From a virus (Duplodnaviria > Heunggongvirae > Uroviricota > Caudoviricetes): a stretch of 64,000 nucleotides of DNA. The first letter of the stretch is position 1. Every line of letters starts with the position of its first letter. The DNA lies in the IMG/VR virus record IMGVR_UViG_3300049216_000317, positions 84,961 through 148,960 of that record, one strand, 5' to 3'. The notes beneath the pieces are model-generated. The model saw only the letters and a program-made list of their open reading frames with translations. It was not told the DNA's origin and searched no databases. The translations under genes were made by a program, and so were the position numbers. Shown here piece after piece: positions 27,501 through 36,836 of the stretch.

Positions 27501-30500
27501 GCTGCGCCAGTTTGATTAACACCTTTGCCGGTCGGCATTTGAACAGAGAAAGATGTCGAAGTGGGTGTAAAGCCAGATTGGGTCGAAACACGGTAAACAC
27601 CAGTGTTTGCCGAGGCAAGCTCTGTGCCCTGTCCAATGTTGACGTACTCCCCACCCGACAAAGTCAGAGCAGGAGAAGTTCCCGTTCCGTTGTACGAGAA
27701 GGTAACTTGATCAATGCCAGCCGAAGGAGTGTTTGGCGTAACAGAGACATTCCATTCGGTCGTCGGGTCAATTGCCGAAGAAATTGCGGCACCGGACTTC
27801 AGGTTAATCAGGATTGTAACTACGGAACCAACGGTAACCGTACTGGAAATGACAGAATTCGCAGCCGAAGGGTAGCTGTACCCAACCATGATTTTTTCGC
27901 CAGAACGGCCCCAAAGAGCGCTACGGTAGAGTAGGGCGGTCTGAGCCGGTGACGGCTTTAATGTTTTCTTCGCTTTCATTAAAGCTTTAAAATTCGAGAA
28001 ATCAAAAGAAGTGCCGAAGGTCGAAGTGAAAGCGGCTGTTGGCCCAGCGTCAACATCATATGCGTTGAAATTTGACGTGTTATTGACATCCGAAGTGTTC
28101 GTGATCGCACGACGATAGAACGGAATGGAGAACGATTTTGAGCTTGCATCACCATCGACGATAACGACGGCTGTATCAGCTGGACCGAAGTCCAATGGAC
28201 TAGCAATGAAATAACGATCGGCAGCACGGAGACGTCGAACGTCTGGATTGTTAGTCAGCATAATATCGGTTCCCGAAATTGCTGATTCCTGGACGAACTC
28301 CCCGTAAGGCTGAGCATCACGGATAGCGCCGTAAGGATGCAAAAGAGCGATCAATTCGTTGGGATCGCGGCCCGCAAGGCTAATGGATGAAACAAATGAA
28401 GTAACGTAACTATCAATTGGATCGGCTGCGGCGCCGGTTGCCACCAATGCTTGAATAAACACTGGCATTGCTGCGCCATAGTCTTCGCTATCATAGAAAG
28501 CGATGAGAGAATCTTTGCTGGTATTTGAAGTGCCGTTGGTAAAATTAAGAAGCTTGCCGTTAGTATCGGCGGTAACGATCAATAACGCACCAGATGCAGA
28601 TTTGGTATTGGTCTGCATGACGATGTATTGTTCTTGAAGAACGCTGAAAATCACACCCTCAGTTTGTGAACTCAGTTGCTGAACAATTGAATCAAGAGAG
28701 TTAACGCCTGATTGGATTTCAAACTTTTGGGGAGCCAAAGTCGATCGCAAAATAACAAATCCGTCATTGTAAACGGCTCCGTTTACTGCTGTGGCATTTG
28801 CATATTCGTTTGGAGTTACAACGATGTCCAATGTCGTGGCTGTAACGGCATGAACGCGGCCCTCAAGCTGGTTTCCAGAACCAAGTTCCGTTGCCCAAAT
28901 GATGACATAATCGCCAACCTGGACGGTTTCAAATGCAGTTGCAACTGAGGAAGTGTAGCGAACGGTGTTTGTTGCTGGTTTTGAAACGGTGATTAGCGTG
29001 TTTGATGTGACTGCCGTTGGAATGATCGTTCCTGGATTGTCGATAAGAACCCAGACATGGCCATTGGCGGACAGCGTGACGTTTCCGCCGCTGATTGCAT
29101 TGCTTTCGACTTGCGCTTCGGTTAACGACGTTCCCGCTGCAAGCTGATCGCCCGCAACGAGCTTGTTGACTAGCTTAATTTGTGCAGTGTTACGCGAAAG
29201 CGTATAGTCCGAAGTTGCTCCTTGCGATGACAATCCAAGGATTGAAGAGAACATACCCTTCGTTACCAAGGTCGAAGATGGGTCAATGAAAATCTGCGCG
29301 CGAGTCAATGCGCCAAGGTTTGAAGTCAACGTGATTTGCTGACCAGAAATGGCGGCAGTTACCCCGACGAGTTTGCTGTTAATAACTTCAACCCATGATT
29401 CAAGAGAATTCTGAGAGTTGACGGTATTGTAAAGGCCCGTAGCGATAAAATCTGCATCGTAGAAAGTGTACGTGAGGCTTGCAGTGCCATCCACAGCAAT
29501 GATTAGAGTGTCGCCATTTTGAATATTCGTTGACCAGAGTGTTTGATCTTGGGTCGAAACGATTGCAGAAGATCCGTCTTTATTTAAAGGAATTCGGTTT
29601 TTGTAAAGGCGAAGCGTTTGTGCTTGGCTATCAGGAAGACCCAAAAGGACAGACGCATCGCGACCAGATGTCGTAATGCCCGCAACCTGAATGGAGTCTT
29701 CAGTTTCTGCCTGGGCACGTAGAACAACGAGTGTTCCTCCGCCAGACGTTGCCGCTTCAAAGCCAATTTCAGTGTTCGCGTTGATGGAAGCTGTGATTTC
29801 GTAAGCAGTTGCTGCACCAGGAGAAATGAAATCGGTATTTGCAAAAACGTGCTGATAGAAAGTCTCGCCAACAGTCAAAGCAAGAGTGTCCCCGCCAACG
29901 ATGTCAAAGGGGGATTCATTCGTAGAAAGCAAAAAAGCCTTAGCAACGGGAGCCTGACGACCACCAGTAGCCAATTGAAAGAATTGTTCGCCGCCAAGAG
30001 CATTGTCGACAATGGTCTCTAGACCTACGCCAGCTACCTTTTCCTCGTAGCCAGTCCCGTCGTCGATATAAAGCGTTGCTCCGTCCGTGTCGGACTGGAT
30101 GCTATCGCTTACGACAGTTGCATTTTCGTCGGAGGGCGTTGCTCCTATAACCGCTGCTTGAATCGCAGTTGCAGTACCCAAACCAGTAGAAGCAAGTGCC
30201 AGCTTAATGCGGACCCTCAACTGATCATCGGTTTCAGTATCTCGTCCGGTCGTGAAGGCGATGGGATTGGTTACTGAGGCGCCAGGGAAAGGAAATGAAG
30301 CAAACTCTTTAATTGCTCCGGCAGGAACGTTTCCAATTGTGCCAGGAGTCGTTGCCGTAACCGGGACGTTTGCAACTGAAACTTCACCGTCGAGAATCAC
30401 GGCAGCAGCCGTTGTCACGAAAGTAATGTCTGGGCTTGCGCCAACTGCCGGCGCAATCGGCGAAGTGTTAATGGCGACTGGACGGTTTCCGCCTTGAGCA

Positions 30501-31039
30501 AGGATAACCGTTTCACCGACGTTATGGAACTTTGTGGTCGGGCTCGAAAGATTGATTAAATAGATGGTGCCTGATTGAGTAATCGAAGAGTAAGGAAGCG
30601 GACCTTCAACGTTATTTGTCCCGCGGCCCAAATAGACGGAGCCAGTGGCCGGAAACAAAGAAGCGTCTGAAACCGGAATTTGGATTGAACCAATGTTCGG
30701 AGCGTTCGCGCCAGCATAGATTTTTGTCGAAATTTTCTGAAAAGACGTATCAGTGACCGTAACAAAGCCGGTTGAAGGCGATGCTGTGATTGGCGTTACA
30801 TTATTTTCGTTCGCAAGACGCTGGAGTGCGTCACCAGTTGCGCGGTTAACCGAATAATCACGCAGAATCTGAAAAATGTCCCCTGACGCCCGTGCAGTGT
30901 AAAGGGCGACCGTCGACATCAGCGACGTAATCGCCGAACCGACGTTAAAATCGTTGATTCCTAGCGCACTCGCGTAAGTAGATAGCAGGCCAGAATTGAT
31001 TTGTTCATAACTTTGAGGCGTAGGAAGCTGATTGGCCAT
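24512..31039 (-). CDS. baseplate J-like protein with ~1500-aa insertion (2175 aa)
   Basis: N-terminal J-like sequence (ATGDALQRLA, VTATTPGTIGNV, TTGRDTETDDQLRVRI) and a J-like C-terminus (IAISAIVSAVNAIPGI). Confidence 0.8.
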   Translation of the reverse strand: MANQLPTPQSYEQINSGLLSTYASALGINDFNVGSAITSLMSTVALYTARASGDIFQILRDYSVNRATGDALQRLANENNVTPITASPSTGFVTVTDTSFQKISTKIYAGANAPNIGSIQIPVSDASLFPATGSVYLGRGTNNVEGPLPYSSITQSGTIYLINLSSPTTKFHNVGETVILAQGGNRPVAINTSPIAPAVGASPDITFVTTAAAVILDGEVSVANVPVTATTPGTIGNVPAGAIKEFASFPFPGASVTNPIAFTTGRDTETDDQLRVRIKLALASTGLGTATAIQAAVIGATPSDENATVVSDSIQSDTDGATLYIDDGTGYEEKVAGVGLETIVDNALGGEQFFQLATGGRQAPVAKAFLLSTNESPFDIVGGDTLALTVGETFYQHVFANTDFISPGAATAYEITASINANTEIGFEAATSGGGTLVVLRAQAETEDSIQVAGITTSGRDASVLLGLPDSQAQTLRLYKNRIPLNKDGSSAIVSTQDQTLWSTNIQNGDTLIIAVDGTASLTYTFYDADFIATGLYNTVNSQNSLESWVEVINSKLVGVTAAISGQQITLTSNLGALTRAQIFIDPSSTLVTKGMFSSILGLSSQGATSDYTLSRNTAQIKLVNKLVAGDQLAAGTSLTEAQVESNAISGGNVTLSANGHVWVLIDNPGTIIPTAVTSNTLITVSKPATNTVRYTSSVATAFETVQVGDYVIIWATELGSGNQLEGRVHAVTATTLDIVVTPNEYANATAVNGAVYNDGFVILRSTLAPQKFEIQSGVNSLDSIVQQLSSQTEGVIFSVLQEQYIVMQTNTKSASGALLIVTADTNGKLLNFTNGTSNTSKDSLIAFYDSEDYGAAMPVFIQALVATGAAADPIDSYVTSFVSSISLAGRDPNELIALLHPYGAIRDAQPYGEFVQESAISGTDIMLTNNPDVRRLRAADRYFIASPLDFGPADTAVVIVDGDASSKSFSIPFYRRAITNTSDVNNTSNFNAYDVDAGPTAAFTSTFGTSFDFSNFKALMKAKKTLKPSPAQTALLYRSALWGRSGEKIMVGYSYPSAANSVISSTVTVGSVVTILINLKSGAAISSAIDPTTEWNVSVTPNTPSAGIDQVTFSYNGTGTSPALTLSGGEYVNIGQGTELASANTGVYRVSTQSGFTPTSTSFSVQMPTGKGVNQTGAATVVNGAIVFYASSTTLASDINTYVNANLSNYVTSTIVNDGGTAGSGAIVLSTYEDSGFTYSTVQLKDGINWIASSDISGSPQFTLKVPLTLTSDVGYTFNNGEEVRLIPTTMEQVARFISILGVTGFTTVGTVKLVNREKQIELATDTLGSSGSIQIIGGAANEYSVPVLDSAVRYDNTYMQISANSIAAQSVQADQWFRLSALNTQQKQTLFSSNTTIAVVPSSSTAQITLTGRTLTQRNFGKPRNHVRTQGLTFRIEKQGSLVCLSWNGQGTDPKFHKNVNFNTSAGGTLNVVSVTGTNDFQYVILTGAAGFGELSIGDLVTVSGMANSGNNGTFLVTGVSDDGTTLQVQNPSGSNQYSSGTFTFNSNPTAGDQFGVNGQTLVAGTGFAIGVNNIATAANFSAVAGTLSGVTSSVSGDVVTITAQNVGSSMALSTTSSAVTVSGSTVSGSAYSSSTFSAITQVGEGDSLVVSSPFNVLNQGTFRIIRRYDGAIWFENVNVVEEEVTLPLNSVSLGYDSTTSFKISATNKDIYLNWNGVGTEPSLQNAQMGDVITFGTDFATGNQGSFMVLRSGAKLQQVTQLLMPSGSAFSTTGAGQYFLINTAGNVTQYYVWFNTGANTDPAPAGHTGVQVNILTGDSSTNVAAKASAALTATSGFTSSASGNVVTVTTTGYQETASATAGTMPAAFIVNVTQSGRRTFIEAINPSAVNQSTVFVSNVLQVHRPQLQFSEYEATVAGDQFVVTGATLGTKNAGSYSINQVIDRDNIIVKGVMVAVSNASLNGVESSVYVLEASPYYGYKHVYLVAAQPGTTNRTMIVTDTNAQYEKINQSASVEMVSQNKMNYSTILKQGLDSYSYNTGLIAEANRIVYGDPRDPTTYPGVAAAGAEIFTKAPLTKRIQVSLVIRTATGVPFAQAVSQVRSSIQALINSNPVGQAIAISAIVSAVNAIPGITAVSISSPNYSTTNDIINLAAKEKARIIDSISDISVSINGN

Positions 31040-31061
31040 TAAGATAGACTCCGTTGACCTA

Positions 31062-31067
31062 AAGATT
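31062..31067 (-). promoter_or_regulatory. putative late promoter motif AATCTT
   Basis: GTAATCTTTAGG, 22 nt upstream of the ATG. Confidence 0.55.
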
Positions 31068-31112
31068 ACAGTCTCTCACTACATCTATCAGGGCGCGTAA
31101 GTAGGCTATTAA

Positions 31113-33674
31113 TCAGGACAAAGTGAAATTGACTGGGAAGACGCCTTTTTGGCCTGCAACCTTGATTGTCATGTTGATTAGGACCTCGGGTCCGCTCAAA
31201 ACGACCTGAAGCTTGTCGACCGATGTAAAACGTGGGTCTTGAACGACAATTCCCTGAATTGACTTATAAATTTCGGCTACGTTCACATCGACATTAGATG
31301 TTCCAGGCTGAATTCCCAGACCAAAATCCGGATATAAAATCCAAGAATTCTTTTGAACTGAAAATTTAATCTTCAAAGCCTGAATTAGATTTGTCAGACC
31401 GTATGATAGGCGTAAATCACCGTAGTTATTCACGGCAAGGTCGCCATCATCGGTCAAAAGCAGGTCAACTTTGCTGATTCCGGTCAATGGATCGCTAATT
31501 GTTGATGCCGGAGCGAGCACAGTTTGGGTGTTGTCGACCGGAAGATCACTCGGAATGAAGATTTTTTGCTGAGAATTGGTCGTTCCAGGCAGGTAGGCCT
31601 GGATATAAGCCTTATCTGAAAGCAAATAAGAGTCTAAATTGGCGTCGCCATCCAAGGTAAGAAGGTAGCTTGTGGTCGAAAGTTCATCAATATTGAGAAT
31701 CGTCCGCGCTGTTGCGGTCTGAGTGGCAGACATGACGATCACGCGCTGACCAATATAAAGGTTCGACACGTCCGAAATGGTAACTTGGCGTCCAGACGCA
31801 TTGGAAAGAAGCGGTAGTTGGAAGCCGTTCTCGTCAATGTAAGGATCTCGAAGGTTATTAAGGGTGACGATCTCAAGCCAACGCTGAGGATCGCCTAAGT
31901 AACGAGCAGCAATAGCCTCGACGGTCAGACCAAAAGGCACTGGCGCCAGGATTTTTGCCTGCGTATTGTTAAATTCAATTCCCGATTCGGCAGCTAGGCC
32001 AGCGACGTAGTCCATATTTGACTGCTGGTTGATGTCGTCAAGATACGTGGTAGCTGTCAGGGCATCATACGCCGCTAGCATGTCGTAGAACGTCGTCAGG
32101 ATGTCAAATTGATCCAAAGTAATCGGAGAATATGACGTCGCAGGAGCGGGCAGGCCGTAAACTTGGTTGTAGTAAGCATCGCCGGTTCCGAAGCTGTTCG
32201 AAAGCTGAATTGCCAGCTGCTGAATAGTCGCGCGGAAAGCTTTTACGTCTGCGACGGTGAGAGCCCGCGCTGATTCGACAGCATTATTGACAACATTTTG
32301 CTGAGCTTTAGATAGGTTCAACTTATTAATCGGAATTACGTTAAACAGATCAAAGTTCGCATTCGGGTTCGAGAACAAGTTGTTGATTGGATCAGTCTGA
32401 GTATTCGAAGCAGCCTGGGCTCCGTTTTGACCGCCCGTTACGGCGGTTTGCGAGAGCCCTTCGTTTAATGCTTTGACGGTAGTAATCGCCTTAATTGCAT
32501 TCGCGACAGTTGGATCTGTTTGGCCGCCAGCGCCCGGAGACAGGCCAACATTGGCCAAAGCATCTTTGATCGTGCTTTGCGCATCAGAAATCAGCTGCTT
32601 TGGAAGATCTGCCGCAGTCAACACGACCCCAGCCAAGTCTTTTACTAAAAGGCTCGTTTGCGTTAGCACATTGAAAACGTTATCGACATCCGAACGGACG
32701 GCACCAATCAAAGCAATTGCTGAAGCCGCAGTGGAGCGAGCCGCTGCAATAGTGTTCAGAATTTGCTGCAAAAGACCGGGGGTTACCGCAAACGGACTTG
32801 AAACGTTGGTGACCGCTGAAGAATTTAAGTCGATACGACGCCAAGCTTTGAGACTTAGGTTGTATTGAATCTCCATAGAGCGCCCTTTGTCTTGGCGCCA
32901 ATTGAATTGTATTGGCGTTACAACATAGGAAGTGCTCTGTTTTGGAATGTCGAAAACTAGGCGCCACGAGGCATTTGCTGGATCGGTTTTGGCAATCGCA
33001 TACTGTTCAAGAAATTGCTGCAATGTCTGCGCTTGGTAATATCCGGTCGATGTCGGATCAGTACCAACGTCGCCTGGACGAGTCGTAACCGGCTTTGGGT
33101 TTTTGTTGCTGGAAGTTGCCGAATTGATAACTGACTGTGCTTGCGCTACGACATTTCCAACCGCAGCAATGGTTCCACCAAAAATCGACTGAACAATACT
33201 TGGGGGAGAAGATGGTTTGAAGTTAGCTGTGCGCTGAGTCCAAACACCAAACGAACCGGATGCAGTGATATTTTTGAATGGAACGCCGTTATGCTCTTCA
33301 CCAATCCCTTTAAGGGTGGCCGTCGTCGTAATAGCATATTGGTCGACAATGCTAAGCTGTTCCGGTGTGATCGGAAGATTATAAACCCAACGATTAACAG
33401 GTACAAACTCGACAGATTGGCCGGAAGTACCAACGCTGACCGTAACGTTTGGAACTTTTCCGCCATCAACGACTTGGTTTCCCTTATTTGTATCTACAAC
33501 GATGAAACGATACGGGAAAAGTTGGTCCCAACGAGTTTCATCGATGGCAATAGGCACATAAAAAGCAGCTTGAGAATTTGATGGCTTTGGCGTAATGCTG
33601 AGCCATGGCGCGCTATTGGGCGACGCCGCTGTGGCGCCGCTAATTGCTGATGAAATATCTGAAAGTGATGGCAT
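31113..33674 (-). CDS. baseplate protein with LysM-like and C-terminal gp25/gpW-like domains
   Basis: TVEAIAARYLGDPQRWLEIVTLNNL (LysM/tail X-like); DLLLTDDGDL...NLIQAL...YPDFGLG...DPRF (gp25-like). Confidence 0.7.
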   Translation of the reverse strand: MPSLSDISSAISGATAASPNSAPWLSITPKPSNSQAAFYVPIAIDETRWDQLFPYRFIVVDTNKGNQVVDGGKVPNVTVSVGTSGQSVEFVPVNRWVYNLPITPEQLSIVDQYAITTTATLKGIGEEHNGVPFKNITASGSFGVWTQRTANFKPSSPPSIVQSIFGGTIAAVGNVVAQAQSVINSATSSNKNPKPVTTRPGDVGTDPTSTGYYQAQTLQQFLEQYAIAKTDPANASWRLVFDIPKQSTSYVVTPIQFNWRQDKGRSMEIQYNLSLKAWRRIDLNSSAVTNVSSPFAVTPGLLQQILNTIAAARSTAASAIALIGAVRSDVDNVFNVLTQTSLLVKDLAGVVLTAADLPKQLISDAQSTIKDALANVGLSPGAGGQTDPTVANAIKAITTVKALNEGLSQTAVTGGQNGAQAASNTQTDPINNLFSNPNANFDLFNVIPINKLNLSKAQQNVVNNAVESARALTVADVKAFRATIQQLAIQLSNSFGTGDAYYNQVYGLPAPATSYSPITLDQFDILTTFYDMLAAYDALTATTYLDDINQQSNMDYVAGLAAESGIEFNNTQAKILAPVPFGLTVEAIAARYLGDPQRWLEIVTLNNLRDPYIDENGFQLPLLSNASGRQVTISDVSNLYIGQRVIVMSATQTATARTILNIDELSTTSYLLTLDGDANLDSYLLSDKAYIQAYLPGTTNSQQKIFIPSDLPVDNTQTVLAPASTISDPLTGISKVDLLLTDDGDLAVNNYGDLRLSYGLTNLIQALKIKFSVQKNSWILYPDFGLGIQPGTSNVDVNVAEIYKSIQGIVVQDPRFTSVDKLQVVLSGPEVLINMTIKVAGQKGVFPVNFTLS

Positions 33675-33694
33675 TACATTCCGTCCTTAATGAA

Positions 33695-33700
33695 AAGATT
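33695..33700 (-). promoter_or_regulatory. putative late promoter motif AATCTT
   Basis: CCAATCTTTTC, 20 nt upstream of the ATG. Confidence 0.45.
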
Positions 33701-33719
33701 GGCGTTTTCCAATCTAGAC

Positions 33720-34922
33720 TTAAGTCGCGTCCTTATAGATTCGCGCGTTATTCGAAACGGTATATTTCGAGGGCACAACATCATTTAGAGTGATCGTATT
33801 GTTGTTGATAGAAGCAATCGCGCGCAGAAGTTCGGTTTGAGTTTCGCAATAGACGTAAACCGTATCGCCGACAGAAAATAACTGGGGATTCATGACCTGA
33901 ATCGTCTTGAGGTTGTTTCCATCAGCTTTAAAAATACTGGTTGGCACAAACCCGCTGTAAGTTGAAGCATTTTGCTGAGCGCTCGTGGCAAGGGCCGTCT
34001 GCGCATTGATACCCATTTGAAGCTGAGCAACCTGCGAAAGAGACCCGCTTAAAGAATGAAGGCGCAAAGCAAGGATTCCATATCGTTTACCGTAAAGCCC
34101 GCTTGAGGCAGTAATGTTTCCTGTGCTGATGTCCTGAGTTATTGAGCCCAAAATCGCATTGATTTGACTGACGCGCGTAGCGACAAACCTTTGTCGAGCT
34201 AAAACAGCCGTTTTCAAAACGTCAAAAGAGGGGTCTGGGGTGTTTGGGGTCTGAGTCGCAGGAGGAACCGCTGGCGGTGGTGGAGCGGGATGCGAAGCCG
34301 CCAAGTAAGTCGCAAGAGCCGGAAGAATCACATTGTTGATGTTGTTCAAAGCCGCAGTGTTTTGCGCTTGGTTCGGCGAAGTCGTGTCTGTCGTAGGAAC
34401 GGCAGAAGCCATTGATGTGAGAGTTGCTTGATAGAGCATAACCGTGGCCTCTATCGTCGCAACTGTTGTCGTATCCGTATAACCAAGAATAGTCGTAATC
34501 AAAGTATCTTCAGGATTTGCTAAAACCCCGTAGGCTTCGCTGTAGTTTTTGCCGATAGCATAGCTCAACGCATATGGAGGAAGTTGCGTCCAAACGTTAT
34601 TCTTCGATGCGAGACTTGGAACGGAGATCGCCGTGTTGTTCGGAAAGAAATGGTTTCCGGAAACTTTGTTTGCGGCATCCTGGATGTCTTGCTCGATGAT
34701 CGTCGTGCGAATGTTGCCGTCGATGTACTGAATTTCATTTTGATAAAGATTAATCAATGCGTTTGGCGAGGTGAAAAGGTTCATATTCGCCGTATCCAGA
34801 GCCTGGACTTGAGTAACCTGAGCTTGAATTGCAGCTTTGTTCGTTGCCACTTGCGCAGCAACGACTGGCGCTTGAACAACGTTCAAGGAAAATGCAATTC
34901 GGTCAGACTGCGAAAGAGCCAT
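33720..34922 (-). CDS. hypothetical structural protein (400 aa)
   Basis: Long ORF in the baseplate block with a Pro-rich linker. Confidence 0.65.
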   Translation of the reverse strand: MALSQSDRIAFSLNVVQAPVVAAQVATNKAAIQAQVTQVQALDTANMNLFTSPNALINLYQNEIQYIDGNIRTTIIEQDIQDAANKVSGNHFFPNNTAISVPSLASKNNVWTQLPPYALSYAIGKNYSEAYGVLANPEDTLITTILGYTDTTTVATIEATVMLYQATLTSMASAVPTTDTTSPNQAQNTAALNNINNVILPALATYLAASHPAPPPPAVPPATQTPNTPDPSFDVLKTAVLARQRFVATRVSQINAILGSITQDISTGNITASSGLYGKRYGILALRLHSLSGSLSQVAQLQMGINAQTALATSAQQNASTYSGFVPTSIFKADGNNLKTIQVMNPQLFSVGDTVYVYCETQTELLRAIASINNNTITLNDVVPSKYTVSNNARIYKDAT

Positions 34923-35191
34923 TAGTGAAACCTCAAAGGAATGATTCTCAAATTCAAAAGAGAAGTGAGGATTTCCGCTTTGTCTTTTTTTGCGGGATCT
35001 TTAAGCATATCTCTCAATCCTTGCTGAATTTCTTCAACGAATCGTTCAGCCGTCTCAATTGTGAAGGAATATTTCTTTTTATAATCGAAAAATTCCCCGC
35101 CCAATTGAATCAAGAATGCGCCATTTTCAGCCCTAAGAATTTCCTCAACGCTGAAGTTGGCATAAGGGGATTTTTCCATGTCATCCTTCAT
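34922..35191 (-). CDS. hypothetical protein
   Basis: 89-aa ORF, coupled to the next gene. Confidence 0.55.
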   Translation of the reverse strand: MKDDMEKSPYANFSVEEILRAENGAFLIQLGGEFFDYKKKYSFTIETAERFVEEIQQGLRDMLKDPAKKDKAEILTSLLNLRIIPLRFH

Positions 35192-35198
35192 ACTTATC

Positions 35199-35732
35199 CT
35201 ATATCAGGTACTTAATCAGACCGACCGTCGCCAAATCGTAAATGACATGGCAAAGCATGATGGTCCCAAACCCATGTTTCTTTCCGAAGTAAAGTGTAAT
35301 AGGTATATAAAAAGCCAGCATGCAAGCCGCAAAAACTCCCTGATACAGATGGCCAGCGCCAAAATCGACCATCAATACGATCAAGAAAAAGTAACGTACC
35401 GTTCGAAAAAAATAATTATCCGGAAAAGATCTTCCCATGATCGCAAGCGGAATTGCGTGCGACAGGTCTTCCCATGGAACAAAAAATGTGGACCATGTGG
35501 GTAGCCAAGTAAGGCTTGAGGCCAAGGCAGTGATCTCTTCGGGACTTGAAAAACAATGAATCAGAAAGTATCGGACAATAGAAATTGCCAAAACGAATAT
35601 GGCCCATTTAAGAACAACCTTAAATTTTACGGCGAGTAGGTCACGATAAGAAGAAAAGTAGACCGCAACAAACATCAGTACGCCGTAAGTCCAGAAGGGA
35701 ACCATATTTAAGGCAAAACTGATGAATTCCAC
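35199..35732 (-). CDS. CPBP (Abi/CAAX) family intramembrane metalloprotease
   Basis: Multi-TM protein with PWED, FGAGHLYQG and CHVIYD (E, F...H and H...D motifs). Confidence 0.75.
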   Translation of the reverse strand: MEFISFALNMVPFWTYGVLMFVAVYFSSYRDLLAVKFKVVLKWAIFVLAISIVRYFLIHCFSSPEEITALASSLTWLPTWSTFFVPWEDLSHAIPLAIMGRSFPDNYFFRTVRYFFLIVLMVDFGAGHLYQGVFAACMLAFYIPITLYFGKKHGFGTIMLCHVIYDLATVGLIKYLI

Positions 35733-35749
35733 GACAACCTCTTAGGCTT

Positions 35750-35755
35750 AAGATT
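35750..35755 (-). promoter_or_regulatory. putative late promoter motif AATCTT
   Basis: ACAATCTTAAG, 17 nt upstream of the GTG. Confidence 0.5.
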
Positions 35756-35774
35756 GTCGGTTTGATGACTAGCG

Positions 35775-36836
35775 TTAGGTCGCGACGACCTTGGTGGTAA
35801 AGCCGGAGATCGCCTGCGAAATGACTGGTGCCCCGAGGTTTCCGACGCCTAGAATCATTGCTGAGAGCAGCAAAAGAGGCTGGCCGCCCTGACCACCCAA
35901 AGCTACCTGTCCATCAAGTACGATATTCGAAGCTTTGATAGTTGCCATAGATTGCGCTGTGAGCTTGATTGTGCTCCCTTCAATCGTAAGAGCAGATTGC
36001 GCAGCGATGTCACAATTTTGGCTTGCAAGAGACGCGTCGCCCGAGCATTGAGCCACAAGTTTGGTCACGCTGATGTTTGCGTCGCCCTGAGCAGTAACAT
36101 TCACATCTTTGCCAGTTTTCACGACGTAGTTGGTCTGGGTGTTTTCTGTGATGTCATCTTTGGCCGTGAGGGTCATCTGACCTTTGCGATCATACCTTGC
36201 GGTGATGGCATCATGCATAAACTGAAAAGAGCCATCTTTCTCAATAGAAAACTGTGTCGTTCCTTGAGAAGAATCGGTAGGCTTTCCTTGCGAATCAGTC
36301 GTGCCCATAAAAGTGAGCGACGTACTTCCGTCATCGTTAACTTTGATGTTTACACCGTTAAACTCACCCTCAAGATGCATTTGATCGCCAGTTAAGGTCG
36401 TTTTGCGATCCGGATGATTCAAACCACCGATGATGACTGCACGATCGGACGTTCCGTCGATGCAAAGGAGAAAGACAATTGCTCCGTCTTGATCATTAAA
36501 AGTTTGCGTCTGATCTTTGCTCGTCTTGGTCTTCTGAGGGCGGAACGTGCGCTCAAAAAAATCGGCAATCGACCCCAGCCCGTCCATAGAAAGGCAATGT
36601 CTATAAAGTGTGGTCGTCATTCCGCTGCCAGCTTCTGTTTCTGTGGCTACGACATCATACTCCACCGTCAGCTGCGAAGAGTTTTCAGGATCATCAACAT
36701 CGTATCTTTTTATAATCACGCCCACTCGTAGCGCAGTATTTCTATAGCTTTTATTAAAGCCTGCCATCGCTGGGCGAGATGTTTCAGATAGAAGTCCGTG
36801 CGGGAGAACGGTTCCGTTATCTAAGTAGTTACTCAT
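35775..36836 (-). CDS. baseplate spike (gpV/gp5-like)
   Basis: OB-like N-terminus, AVIIGGL.HP motif and a beta-helix-like C-terminal repeat; follows the hub gene. Confidence 0.7.
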   Translation of the reverse strand: MSNYLDNGTVLPHGLLSETSRPAMAGFNKSYRNTALRVGVIIKRYDVDDPENSSQLTVEYDVVATETEAGSGMTTTLYRHCLSMDGLGSIADFFERTFRPQKTKTSKDQTQTFNDQDGAIVFLLCIDGTSDRAVIIGGLNHPDRKTTLTGDQMHLEGEFNGVNIKVNDDGSTSLTFMGTTDSQGKPTDSSQGTTQFSIEKDGSFQFMHDAITARYDRKGQMTLTAKDDITENTQTNYVVKTGKDVNVTAQGDANISVTKLVAQCSGDASLASQNCDIAAQSALTIEGSTIKLTAQSMATIKASNIVLDGQVALGGQGGQPLLLLSAMILGVGNLGAPVISQAISGFTTKVVAT

